The position numbers and the translations under genes are program-made. A stretch of 64,000 nt of DNA, from positions 6,453-70,452 of the forward strand of contig JASHNV010000058.1 of assembly GCA_030041455.1 (NCBI GenBank). Direction: 5' to 3'. This document shows positions 18,932 through 28,550 of this stretch, piece after piece. Source of the stretch: Spirochaetia bacterium. Its GTDB lineage: Bacteria > Spirochaetota > Spirochaetia > DAHUYW01. The first letter of the stretch is position 1, and every line of letters begins with the position of its first letter. The notes under the pieces are model-generated. The model was not told where the DNA came from. It did not search any database and saw only the letters and a program-made list of their open reading frames with translations.

Positions 18932-20347
18932 GTGCAGGGGAAAACCACCTTCGGTGTCATCGTCGGGACGCGCGGTTTCTTCAATCCCGAGCTCGCGCGG
19001 GAGGGACGACGGCAGATCGTCGAGCGGCTCGCTGGCCTCGGCTTCGAGGTCGTCGTGCTGCCAGCTGACGCTACGCCGAGCGGTGCGGTCGAGTCCGCGG
19101 AGGACGCGCACAAATGCGCCCGGCTGTTCCGGGAAAACGCGGAGTCGATCGACGGGATCATCGTGAGTCTCCCGAACTTCGGCGACGAGATCGGCATCGT
19201 CACGTCCCTGAAGGAATCGCGCCTGGAGGTTCCAATCCTCGTGCAGGCCTGCGACGACGAAGTGGACAAGGTCGATCTCAAGCACCGCAGGGACGCCTTC
19301 TGCGGAAAGCTCTCCGTGTGCAACAACCTACACACCTACGGAATACTGTTCACCAACACATCCCTGCACACCTACCCGATCGAAAGCGCGAGCTTCGACC
19401 AAGACGTCGACTTCTTCTCCCGAGTATGCCGGGTGGTGAACGGCCTGCGGGGGGCCCGCATCGGCGCGATCGGCGCCCGTCCGGCACCCTTCCAGACGAT
19501 GCGCGTGAGCGAGCGCCTGCTCCAAGCCTCGGGAATTACCGTCGTTCCCGTCGATCTTTCCGAGATCATTTTTGCCGCCCAACGGCTCGACGACGACGCG
19601 GCTGTTGTCACCTCCGCCGTAGAAGAGATCCGAGCCTACGGAAAGATACCCGCGCGGATCCCGGTGGAAAGCATCGTCAAGAACGCGAAGCTCTCGGCGG
19701 TCATCCGCAACTGGGTGCGGAAAAACGAGCTCGACGCGTTCTCGGTCCAGTGCTGGAGCTCGGTTCAGCTCAACTACGGTTGCGCGACGTGCACCGTCAT
19801 GAGCATGCTGGGAGAGGAGCTCATCCCCGGGGCCTGCGAGGTCGACATCGCGGGAGCGATCTCCATGTACGCCTTGTCGCTCGCCGCCGGGGTTCCCTCT
19901 GCGCTCCTCGACTGGAACAACAACTACGGCGAAGACCGCGACATGTGCGTCTGCACCCACTGCGGTAACTACCCCAAGGGATTCGTGGGCGGAGAGATAG
20001 AGATATCCGAGCTCGACGTCCTCGGAGAGACTCTCGGGCGCGAGAAGAGCTTTGGAGCGGTCAAGGGCAAAGTACGCTCGGGCGACATGACCTACTTCCG
20101 CATGTCCACCGACGACCTGAACGGCAGGATCCGCTCTTACGCCGGCGAGGGGCAGTTCACCGACGATCCCTTCCCCATGGCCGGCGGGATTGCGGTCTGC
20201 AGAGTCCCGCGGCTGCAGGCGCTCATGGACCACCTGTGCACCAGCGGCTTCGAACACCATACGGCGATGGTGAGGGGACTCCACGCCCGCGCGGTTCACG
20301 AGGCGGTCAGCCGCTACCTGCGCTGGGAATGCTACCTCCATCGCTGA
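18932..20347 (+). CDS. L-fucose/L-arabinose isomerase family protein (candidate apiose isomerase)
   Basis: NFGDE, RRDAFCGK, QCW, metal ligands ACEVD, LLDWNN and GFEHH. Confidence 0.85.
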   Translation: MQGKTTFGVIVGTRGFFNPELAREGRRQIVERLAGLGFEVVVLPADATPSGAVESAEDAHKCARLFRENAESIDGIIVSLPNFGDEIGIVTSLKESRLEVPILVQACDDEVDKVDLKHRRDAFCGKLSVCNNLHTYGILFTNTSLHTYPIESASFDQDVDFFSRVCRVVNGLRGARIGAIGARPAPFQTMRVSERLLQASGITVVPVDLSEIIFAAQRLDDDAAVVTSAVEEIRAYGKIPARIPVESIVKNAKLSAVIRNWVRKNELDAFSVQCWSSVQLNYGCATCTVMSMLGEELIPGACEVDIAGAISMYALSLAAGVPSALLDWNNNYGEDRDMCVCTHCGNYPKGFVGGEIEISELDVLGETLGREKSFGAVKGKVRSGDMTYFRMSTDDLNGRIRSYAGEGQFTDDPFPMAGGIAVCRVPRLQALMDHLCTSGFEHHTAMVRGLHARAVHEAVSRYLRWECYLHR

Positions 20348-20363
20348 GCGGGGCGGCCGATCG

Positions 20364-21890
20364 ATGACCCCGTCCGGCGGAAACGACTTGATCCTCGCGA
20401 TCGATCAAAGCACGTCGGCCACGAAGGCCGTCGTCTTCGGCCGGACCGAGGGAATCGTAGTTCAGGCGAGCTTCGAGCACGCTCAACGCTATCCGAAACC
20501 CGGCTGGGTCGAGCACGATCCCGAAGAGCTCTATGCGAACGCCATCCGCGCGGTCGGCCGAGTCTACGGTTTGCTCGGAGCGGCGAAGTCGAGGGTTGCA
20601 GCACTATCGATCACGAATCAGCGCGAAACGATTGTCGTGTGGGACCGAGCCACCGGGAGGCCGGTCTACAACGCCGTCGTCTGGCAATGCCGGCGCGGGG
20701 CGGAACTCTGCGCGCGGCTGAAGACGGAGGGGATGGAGGAGGAAACCAAAGCCGCTACGGGCCTTCCGATTGATCCCTACTACTCCGCGAGCAAGATCCG
20801 CTGGGTGCTGGACAACGTCGCCGGGGCTCGGTCGAGCGCCGAGCGCGGGGAGCTGGCCTTCGGGACGATCGATAGCTGGCTCGTCTGGCGCCTGACGCGC
20901 GGGCGCGTCCACGTCACCGATCCCACCAACGCGTCGCGGACAATGCTCATGAATCTCGCGGCGCTTTCGTGGGACGAGCGGATGTTCGGCCTCTTCGGCA
21001 TTCCTATCGGGATGGCTCCCCGCATTGAGCGATCGGATCGCGTGGTCGGCGCCACGGACGCGGAGGGGACCTTCGACCGACAGCTTCCCATCGCGGGGCT
21101 GCTCGGCGACTCTCACGCCGCGTTCTTCGCCCAGCGCTGCTTCGAGCCCGGGCTCGCCAAGGCCACCTACGGTACCGGCACCTCCGTCATGATGGACGTC
21201 GGGGCCAGACCCGTTCCGGCGAGGTTGTCGGTGGTCGCCTCGGTCGGCTGGGCCATCGAGCGTCGGGTCGACTTCGTGCTCGAGGGCAACATCCATTCCA
21301 CCGGAGACACCATAAGGTGGCTTCGCGACGGACTCGGTGTGATCGGCAGCGCGGCCGAGTCGGAGGGCCTTGCGCGGACGCTGGCGACGAACGAGGGCGT
21401 CTACCTCGTCCCGGCCTTCTCGGGGCTCGGCGCTCCTTACTGGGACGGCGAGGCGCGGGCGGCAATCGTGGGAATGTCACGCGGCACGACCCGCGCCCAT
21501 CTCGCCCGAGCGGCTCTCGAGGCGATCGCTTACCAGGTACGCGATCTCGTGGAAGCGATGGAGGAGAACGCGAGGACTCGCCTTACCGAGCTCCGCGCGG
21601 ACGGCGGCGCGACGAGGAACGCGCTCCTCATGCAATTCCAGGCGGACCTGCTCGACGTGCCGGTGCGGAGCTCGGCGATCGCCGAAGCGTCGGCATTCGG
21701 CTCGGCGATGATGGCCGGTCTCGCGGTTGGAGCGTGGAGTCGCCTTTCCGAGCTTCCGAAGCTGGAGGAGGGCTCTCGCCTGTACGAAAGCACGATGGAC
21801 GAAGGTACTCGAGCGAGCCTAATCGATGGCTGGCACGCCGCCGTTGCTCGGACGCTCTCCAACCCCCGGCGCTCGGCGGGCTCCGGTTGA
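20364..21890 (+). CDS. FGGY-family carbohydrate kinase (GlpK-like; candidate apulose kinase)
   Basis: LAIDQSTSATK, GWVEHDP, ITNQRET, VWQCRR, KATYGTG, PAFSGLGAPYW, DGG. Confidence 0.9.
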   Translation: MTPSGGNDLILAIDQSTSATKAVVFGRTEGIVVQASFEHAQRYPKPGWVEHDPEELYANAIRAVGRVYGLLGAAKSRVAALSITNQRETIVVWDRATGRPVYNAVVWQCRRGAELCARLKTEGMEEETKAATGLPIDPYYSASKIRWVLDNVAGARSSAERGELAFGTIDSWLVWRLTRGRVHVTDPTNASRTMLMNLAALSWDERMFGLFGIPIGMAPRIERSDRVVGATDAEGTFDRQLPIAGLLGDSHAAFFAQRCFEPGLAKATYGTGTSVMMDVGARPVPARLSVVASVGWAIERRVDFVLEGNIHSTGDTIRWLRDGLGVIGSAAESEGLARTLATNEGVYLVPAFSGLGAPYWDGEARAAIVGMSRGTTRAHLARAALEAIAYQVRDLVEAMEENARTRLTELRADGGATRNALLMQFQADLLDVPVRSSAIAEASAFGSAMMAGLAVGAWSRLSELPKLEEGSRLYESTMDEGTRASLIDGWHAAVARTLSNPRRSAGSG

Positions 21891-22020
21891 GGCGCTTCCG
21901 GCCGGCAGGAGATCCTCTCCGCCAGGCGCACGGACGGCGGGAGGCTCAAGGGCCCCGCCGGCTTGAAGGCGCCGGACCGGCGGTGACGGGGCGCGGAAGA
22001 ACGCGGCGTCGCAGGCGGAT

Positions 22021-22710
22021 GGCAGGAGCTCTGATGCGCTCGCGGCCGACGGGACTGTCTACATCTCATCGGGCTAGAGCTGCAACGTCTGCACGGAGCG
22101 GAACCCGAGGCTCGCGACGATTCTGCGCTACAACGCCGATGGGAGCGTCGGAGGGATCTGCGCCTCCGGCCTTCGCAACGCGAGCGGCCTCGCGTTCGAC
22201 GCCGAGGGAAGGCTGTGGGCAGTCGTCAATCAGCGGGACAACCTCGTCCCCGACCACACCGACCTTCCGCCCGACGAGCTCGATCTCATCCAGGCCGGGG
22301 ACAACTACGGATGGCCCTCCTGCTACCCGTTGGGAAACCGGAGACTGCCCAACCCCGAGTTCCCTCTCGTCTCGTGCATCGGTTTCCCGCCGCCGACCCC
22401 CAACTTCCAGGCGCACTCGGCGCCGTCGCAGGCGGTGTTCTACACTGCGTTGAGCTTCCCGGACCGCTACCGGGGCGCTCTCTTCGTCTCGTTCCACGGC
22501 TCGTGGAACCGGGTTCTGCCGACCGGCTACAAAGTGGTGGCGGTGATCTTCTCGAACGGCGTCTCCGCGGTCACCGAGGATTTCGTCACAGGGTGGCTGA
22601 CCGACGACTACCGCGTGCTGGAACGCCCCGTCGGGGTCGCGGTCGCTGCCGACGGCTCCCCGTACGTGAGCGACGACCACGTGTACCTCTTCTATGTCAC
22701 CTACGGGAGG
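22021..22710 (+). pseudogene. 5'-truncated PQQ-dependent sugar/sorbosone dehydrogenase pseudogene
   Basis: In one frame: DGTVYISSG*SCNVC..., GLRNASGLAF, NYGWPSCY, AHSAP, HGSWNR...GYKVV, RPVGVAV..DGS.YVSDD; TAG at 22075; no N-terminus. Confidence 0.8.
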
Positions 22711-22891
22711 GGTGACGGAGCCGGACGGAGAGCGCCGGTCGGCTTGCGGGCCGGAGCGCGCTCGCGAAGACGGCGTTTTTCTTCGTGAAGGCGATCGACC
22801 GCAAGGGAAAGTGGCAGCGTTCCGCGCATCTGCGCCTCACTACTCTCGCGCCTTCACCCTCCTGCGCCACGCGGCGGCGGTCCCTCGCGCC

Positions 22892-22955
22892 CAGCTGGCG
22901 GATTAGTTCCCGCGACCGTGCTCACGGTCCTCGTGGGTGCCGCCGACCGCTCGCC
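22892..22955. repeat. ~65-bp structured direct repeat, copy 2
   Basis: CAGCTGGCGGATTAGTTCCCGCGACCGTGCTCACGGTCCTCGTGGGTGCCGCCGACCGCTCGCC; internal hairpin GACCGTG/CACGGTC. Confidence 0.85.
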
Positions 22956-22956
22956 A

Positions 22957-22986
22957 TTGACGCGGCGTCGCCGCGCCCTGTATGCT
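22957..22986 (+). promoter_or_regulatory. sigma70-like promoter
   Basis: TTGACG-18 bp-TATGCT upstream of the GGAGG-ATG at 23017. Confidence 0.55.
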
Positions 22987-23016
22987 TCGAAGCGACGATC
23001 CCGCATTGGAGGGGGC

Positions 23017-23790
23017 ATGATTTTTTTTCTCGTCAAGAAGGCCTTTTTCGACATGTGGGACAACATGATCGCGGTCTTTCTCCTGAACCTCGGCTTCGTT
23101 CTTGTCGCGGCGGGTGCCCTCTACGTTCCCTACTTTCTGAGCTTTGATCCGGCGCTCGCGATTCCGGGCGGCGCGATCGGGATCCTCCTCCTGAACGTCT
23201 ACCTTGCGGCGGCGTCGTTCGTCGCGCACGAGATCACGAACTACGCGACGCCCTCGTTCAAGGACCTCCAAGCCTATCTGAAATCGGCCTGGAAGGCCGG
23301 CCTCACGCTCGGCGTCATCACCTGCGTCCAGATCGGCATCCTCGCGGTCGCGATGCCCTTTTACCTCCAGCTCGGGGGTCTTCTCGGCATGACCGCGGTC
23401 GCCGTGATCTTCTGGATCAGCGTGATCTGGTGGCTAGCGAGCCAATATTACTTCCCGATCCGTACCCGTCTGGATTCGGGCATCAGGAAGATCCTCAGGA
23501 AGAGCTTCATCGTCTTCTTCGACAACGCCGGCTTTACGATCGCCGTCGGAATGGGGACCGTCGTCATCCTCGCGCTCTCCGTATTCACCGCGTTCCTGCT
23601 CCCGGGCGCGGCGACCGTGCTCATTTGGCACCAGTCGGCGCTGAAGCTCAGGCTCTTGAAGTACGATTACCTCGAAAAGAATCCCGGTGCGAATCGAAAG
23701 GACCTTCCCTGGGACGCGCTGCTCGTCGAGGAAAGCGAGAGAGTAGGTCACCGCTCCCTGCGGGGGATGATCTTCCCGTGGAAGGACTGA
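23017..23790 (+). CDS. integral membrane protein (DUF624/YesL-like)
   Basis: GGAGG RBS; MIFFLVKKAFFDMWDN; about 6 TM helices; ends IFPWKD. Confidence 0.75.
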   Translation: MIFFLVKKAFFDMWDNMIAVFLLNLGFVLVAAGALYVPYFLSFDPALAIPGGAIGILLLNVYLAAASFVAHEITNYATPSFKDLQAYLKSAWKAGLTLGVITCVQIGILAVAMPFYLQLGGLLGMTAVAVIFWISVIWWLASQYYFPIRTRLDSGIRKILRKSFIVFFDNAGFTIAVGMGTVVILALSVFTAFLLPGAATVLIWHQSALKLRLLKYDYLEKNPGANRKDLPWDALLVEESERVGHRSLRGMIFPWKD

Positions 23791-23851
23791 CCTCGAAGGG
23801 GCGCGCGGCGGGGGTTGAGCCCGGCATGGGAAACGGGTATCCTCGCATCCC

Positions 23852-24826
23852 ATGCACGTCGCGAAGCGCCTCGACCGGCCAGAGCAGGACGCAATCGTCG
23901 TCCGGCATCTCTTCAAGCACTACGGTGCCCTCGAAGCCGTCCATGATTTGAACTTTACCGCGCTCTCGGGCCGGTGCACCGCCTTCCTCGGTCCGAACGG
24001 CGCGGGCAAGACCACCACCATCAAGACGCTGTACGGGAAGGCGCGGGCCGACGCTCGGCCCGACACCGAGATCCGGGTCCTCGGCTTTCGGCTGCCGGCC
24101 GAAGAGCTCGAAGTAAAATCGCTGATCGGCCTCGTTCCGCAGGACAACAGCCTCGACGAGGAGCTGAACGTCGAGCAAAACCTCGTTATCTACTCCAAGC
24201 TCTACGGGATGCCTATGACGGCCGCGAAGCCCCGCATCGCGGAGCTCCTCGACTTCATGGAGCTCTCCGAGAAGGCGCGGAGCCGGGTCAAGGAATTGTC
24301 GGGGGGAATGCAGCGCAGGCTCGTCGTCGCGCGGGCGCTCCTCAACAGCCCGCGCCTCCTCATCCTCGACGAGCCTACCACGGGGCTCGACCCGCAGGTT
24401 CGTCACCTGATTTGGGACAGGCTGCGGGCCCTCATGCGCGACGGCGTGACGATTCTGCTCTCGACCCACTACATGGACGAGGCCTATCAGATCGCGAACG
24501 AGATTATCATCATGGACAAGGGCAGGCTCGTGCTTCAGGGAGAACCGCGCGGTCTCCTTGCCGGTCACATCGAGAGCTTCGTGCTCGAAGTGAGCGAGCC
24601 GGGTTTGCTTGAGTCGCTGCCGCAAGCGCGGCGCGCCGCGGAGGAGGGTACGGCCTCCGGGCGGCTGCGCCGAGACCGCACCGCCGAGCGCGTTCTTTTC
24701 TACTCGTCGGACCTCGCTTCGATCGAGGCGGTCGCGGGAGGGCTTCCGACCGGAAGCCACTTCGCGCGCCAGACGAATCTGGAAGACCTCTTCCTGAAAA
24801 CGACCGGAAGGAGCCTCAATGAGTAG
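23852..24826 (+). CDS. ABC-2 exporter ATP-binding protein (NodI-like)
   Basis: GPNGAGKTT, VPQDNSLD, LSGGMQRR, LDEPTTGLDPQ.RH, THYMDEA, NLEDLFL..TGR. Confidence 0.9.
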   Translation: MHVAKRLDRPEQDAIVVRHLFKHYGALEAVHDLNFTALSGRCTAFLGPNGAGKTTTIKTLYGKARADARPDTEIRVLGFRLPAEELEVKSLIGLVPQDNSLDEELNVEQNLVIYSKLYGMPMTAAKPRIAELLDFMELSEKARSRVKELSGGMQRRLVVARALLNSPRLLILDEPTTGLDPQVRHLIWDRLRALMRDGVTILLSTHYMDEAYQIANEIIIMDKGRLVLQGEPRGLLAGHIESFVLEVSEPGLLESLPQARRAAEEGTASGRLRRDRTAERVLFYSSDLASIEAVAGGLPTGSHFARQTNLEDLFLKTTGRSLNE

Positions 24827-25631
24827 CTCGATCGAAACGCGACTGATCTCGCGCGAGCGGGCCGGAGCGGCGCCGAAGCGGGCCGCGCGGATCGGCGCGG
24901 TCTGGTACCGGCACATGAGGGTCTATACGAAGAACATCTTCTCGAACTCGGTTCCCCCGTTCGTCGAGCCGCTTGTTTTCCTTCTCGGCGTGGGGCTCGG
25001 GCTGGGCGCCTTCATCACCCGCATGCAGGGAATGCCCTATGTCCGTTTCCTCGCGACGGGGCTCCTCATGACCACGGCGATGTTCACGAGCGCCTTCGAG
25101 ATGACCTTCGGCACCTACATTCGCCTCGTATTCGACAAAATTTACGACGGTATGCTCGGCGCGCCCCTGACCGTGGGCGACCTCATGCTCGGCGAGATTC
25201 TCTGGTGCGGGACCAAGGGCGCTCTCTTTACGGCGAGCGTCATGATCGTGACGACCGCCTTCGGCGCGCTGTCGTTCGGCTTGGTATGGCTCGCCCCGCT
25301 CGTCGGGTTCGCTACCGGCGCCATGTTCGCGGTCCTCGCGCTTCTCGTGACCACCGTCGTGGACAACATCAACAACTTCAACTTCTTCTTCTCGGGACTG
25401 ATCTCGCCGATGTTCTTCTTCTCGGGGGTGGTTTTCCCGCTCGGCAACCTGCCGGGATGGCTGAGGGTCGTGGCGGAGTTCCTGCCCCTCACGCATCCGG
25501 TGCGGCTGGTCCGGGGCATCGACCAGGGCTTGAGTCCGGTGAACGCCTGGGACGGGGCGTACATCGTCGTCTTCGTTGCCGGGATAGGCGCGCTCGCCGT
25601 CGCGAGGATCCGAAAGCGTCTGATCGACTGA
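24819..25631 (+). CDS. ABC-2 exporter permease (NodJ-like)
   Basis: VEPLVFLLGVGLGLG, PMFFFSGVVFP, LPLTHPV. Confidence 0.9.
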   Translation: MSSSIETRLISRERAGAAPKRAARIGAVWYRHMRVYTKNIFSNSVPPFVEPLVFLLGVGLGLGAFITRMQGMPYVRFLATGLLMTTAMFTSAFEMTFGTYIRLVFDKIYDGMLGAPLTVGDLMLGEILWCGTKGALFTASVMIVTTAFGALSFGLVWLAPLVGFATGAMFAVLALLVTTVVDNINNFNFFFSGLISPMFFFSGVVFPLGNLPGWLRVVAEFLPLTHPVRLVRGIDQGLSPVNAWDGAYIVVFVAGIGALAVARIRKRLID

Positions 25632-25712
25632 CCCGGACGGGTGTCTCGGAGGCTGACGGTAGGCGCGGGAGCGAGGAGAGGCGCCGGCCGCGCGGGCGGC
25701 CGGCGCGCAGTG

Positions 25713-27104
25713 CTATTTCAGCAGCCCCGCGGCGGACTGGAACATGGCGTTCACCTGAGCGCGCGAGATGAGGAGATCGGCGACGCCGTCCCGGAAGGCC
25801 GCGAAGAAGTCGCGATTGTACGGCACGAAGTATTCCTGATACTCTCCCTTACCTTTCGAAAGGCGGAAGGTGACGGTAGTCACGGGGTTGAAAGGAATGA
25901 GCGGATTCGGATTCGGCGCGTCGGCGAGGAGGCCGATGACCGACTGGTAGAACCCCTTGAACTTGCCCTCCTCGATCGTCTTGCCGTCGAGGTAGTAGGT
26001 CGTCTGGGTCTGCGCGTTGCCGCTTGCGTCTTTCGCGCCGCCCCGGGTCCGAACGATCTTCGCCTCGTACTGCGTACCCGGCTCGGAGATCGTGAACCCG
26101 TCGACGTCCTCGATGTTCGGTATGAGAAGGAACTTGTCCTCCAGGCCGAACGCGCTCGCGCCTTGAATGCCGCTCACGTCGGTCTTGTCGATCGTAAAGA
26201 CCGAGGGCTCCCCCGCAAGCTTTGCGTACTCGGTACCGTCGGGCAGCGTGTTGCCGAGATCGAGATCGATCTCGTGGGACTTCTTGTCCCTGAGCTCGAA
26301 CTCGAGAACCGGCGGCTGAAGTCCGTACTTCGCGAGATTTCTCGGACTATCGTCAACGAACTTTTGGATCTGGAAGTAGTTAGGATACTGCTCGAAGAGC
26401 TTCTCAAAGTTCTCGCTGTCGACGGGTCGGGGAACGGGGTAGGGCTTCACGAGCTTCATGGTCGCGAAGGAAACGAACGACATATCATCGCCTTTCACAA
26501 GCGGCTCGATCTCGATGTTCCGTCCTCCGCCGACGATTCTCACGTACGTGAGGCTCTTCGTGTCGACCTGGGGGAGAACCTTGTTCCGGAGTTCGTCGAT
26601 CGAGGAGAGGAGCGGATCGACGCTGTAGCCGAGGACGGTATAGACGGCTTTGTCGCCCTCCTTCATCACGTAGTACGCCGACCCCTCGACGGTCTTGTTG
26701 CCGATGAGGATGCGGACTTTCGTTCCATCGGAGAGCGAGACTTCCGCCGTAGCCTGAGGCGGGTCGAGGCCGTATTGGGAGAGGTCGGTCGGGTCGGCGT
26801 CGACAAGCCGCTCGGCGTCAAGCTTCGAGAGATTGCCGGCGATATTTCTCAGCGTAACGCTGTCCCAGTCGAACGGCTGCGGATAGTCGACGGTCCAGCC
26901 CGCGCCTTGCTTCGAGAGTCGAATCGTGGTGCCGCCGTGCCTGAGGGTGACCAGGGTGATCTTGTTTTCGTCGACCTTCGACACCACGATCGTCGGTCCG
27001 GACGTCGTCGGCGCCTTCTTCGGAAGCGCCTTCACGACGTAGAAGCCGACCACGAGCACGACCAGGACGGCGCCGAATACGATGAGCGAAGTCGAGCGCT
27101 TCAC
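25713..27104 (-). CDS. DUF4340 domain protein
   Basis: GTG at 27104 overlaps the upstream TGA; N-terminal anchor; two repeats of L..YGL.PP......IGN....G..Y. Confidence 0.85.
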   Translation of the reverse strand: MKRSTSLIVFGAVLVVLVVGFYVVKALPKKAPTTSGPTIVVSKVDENKITLVTLRHGGTTIRLSKQGAGWTVDYPQPFDWDSVTLRNIAGNLSKLDAERLVDADPTDLSQYGLDPPQATAEVSLSDGTKVRILIGNKTVEGSAYYVMKEGDKAVYTVLGYSVDPLLSSIDELRNKVLPQVDTKSLTYVRIVGGGRNIEIEPLVKGDDMSFVSFATMKLVKPYPVPRPVDSENFEKLFEQYPNYFQIQKFVDDSPRNLAKYGLQPPVLEFELRDKKSHEIDLDLGNTLPDGTEYAKLAGEPSVFTIDKTDVSGIQGASAFGLEDKFLLIPNIEDVDGFTISEPGTQYEAKIVRTRGGAKDASGNAQTQTTYYLDGKTIEEGKFKGFYQSVIGLLADAPNPNPLIPFNPVTTVTFRLSKGKGEYQEYFVPYNRDFFAAFRDGVADLLISRAQVNAMFQSAAGLLK

Positions 27105-28546
27105 AGATGCCTCCTGCGAAGCCAGGTCACGAGACCTACGGCGAGAATGACGCCCGGAATGAGAATGACGACGATCGCCATGAACACGTAAATGAGGAGC
27201 GCCGACATTTGGAGGGGAAGCTGGTAGAGGCTCTTCGACTCGATGTTGATCGAGTTCGGCTGGCTCGTGACCCACTGGACCGCCCCGAGAAAGAACTCGA
27301 CGTTTCCCTTGATCGTGCCGTAGGGAAAGATGGATCCGAGGAACTGACCGCTTCCGCCGACCACGAGCCTGAAGCCTCCGTTGGGCTTGTCGCTCGTCGG
27401 TCCCTCCTCGATCGAGTCCGCGAGATTCGCCGGGCCCGGGATATCGCTTGCGATCCTGGTCGGGACGCCGTTGGAAAGGTCGACCCGCACGAAGGAGTTG
27501 CTCGAGCTCGTGAGGAGCGGCTTGATCTCAAGATCGCGCCTTCTCACTTCGAGCGTCTTCACCGCCATGGATTGCGGCACGATCATGGTGAGATTGCTGC
27601 CGGTCACCCCTTTGAGGATGTCGCTCGTGCCGAGAGCCGGGATGATCATGAGGGGGTTGCCCACGAAATGGCTCTTGTCGCTCTCGACGACGAGGCCGTA
27701 TTGAAGCGCCACGCCGAAGCTGGACAGGAGGTCGTTGAAGCCGGAAAGCGGCTTGTTGGTAAGGTCGAAAAAGAAGAGAGCTCGCCCGTCGTGATTCTCG
27801 ATGTAGTCGAGGAGCTTCGACTCTTCGTCCTTGGAAAGGTCGAACTTCGGCGAAAGCACCACGACCGCCGAGGCATCCGAGGGCACCGACGGGTCGGTGA
27901 GCAGGTTGAGCGTCTTGATCGCATAGTTGCTTTGCTGAAGCGTCTCGGCAAGCTGAAGCGTCTCGAGCGTGTCCTCGCCGTCCCCGGTGAGCTCGTAGAG
28001 GACCGGAGTCTTCCCGGAGCTCACGTAGGCGAGCGCGCCGGTGATCTTCTGCTCGGCGGTGAAGCCCATGACCTGAGGCTGGCCCTGCTCGGAGTAGCTG
28101 ATGTCGTAGAGGTCGTAGGGGTTGAGCACCCGGGTGTAATCGCCCGACGTGATGATGAGGCTGCCCTCCGGAATGCCCTTGTTGTTCGCGTTGTATTTCG
28201 ACACGAGCCCGGGGTTCTTGTCCGGATCGACGTAGACGACGTGAATCTTGCCGGTAAGTCGCTGGTATTTGGTGAGGACATCGACGACGTCCTGATTCTC
28301 TTGACCGGTGCGGTACAGCGCGTAGATCGTGACGTCGCGGGTGAGGCCCTTCGCGAGGGTCTTCGTCTGGGCCGAAAGGGAGTAGAGCTTGTTGTGGGTC
28401 ATGTCCGCTTCGGCGGGAATTTGCTGCACGATGAGATTGACGATGACGAGTCCCACGAGAACCGCCAACGTCACGACGGCCGCATAGCCGCCATAACGTA
28501 CCTTCTTGCTTTTGAAGATCTCGAGAATGGTATTCATGGTGACCAT
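27101..28546 (-). CDS. GldG-like ABC transporter auxiliary protein
   Basis: DMTHNKLYSLS.QT, YVDPDKNP, EQKIT.AL, LSPKFDLS..E; N- and C-terminal TM helices, ends WLRRRHL. Confidence 0.9.
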   Translation of the reverse strand: MVTMNTILEIFKSKKVRYGGYAAVVTLAVLVGLVIVNLIVQQIPAEADMTHNKLYSLSAQTKTLAKGLTRDVTIYALYRTGQENQDVVDVLTKYQRLTGKIHVVYVDPDKNPGLVSKYNANNKGIPEGSLIITSGDYTRVLNPYDLYDISYSEQGQPQVMGFTAEQKITGALAYVSSGKTPVLYELTGDGEDTLETLQLAETLQQSNYAIKTLNLLTDPSVPSDASAVVVLSPKFDLSKDEESKLLDYIENHDGRALFFFDLTNKPLSGFNDLLSSFGVALQYGLVVESDKSHFVGNPLMIIPALGTSDILKGVTGSNLTMIVPQSMAVKTLEVRRRDLEIKPLLTSSSNSFVRVDLSNGVPTRIASDIPGPANLADSIEEGPTSDKPNGGFRLVVGGSGQFLGSIFPYGTIKGNVEFFLGAVQWVTSQPNSINIESKSLYQLPLQMSALLIYVFMAIVVILIPGVILAVGLVTWLRRRHL

Positions 28547-28550
28547 CTGG

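Noticed and set aside
20364-21890. Calling the FGGY kinase glpK
   Set aside because: No glpD/glpF context, and the motifs deviate (DQSTSAT, WQCRR); the neighbourhood points to a different sugar substrate
8600-23000. attL/attR duplication of the tRNA 3' end and an integrase
   Set aside because: No second copy of the tRNA 3' sequence and no recombinase ORF were found by eye
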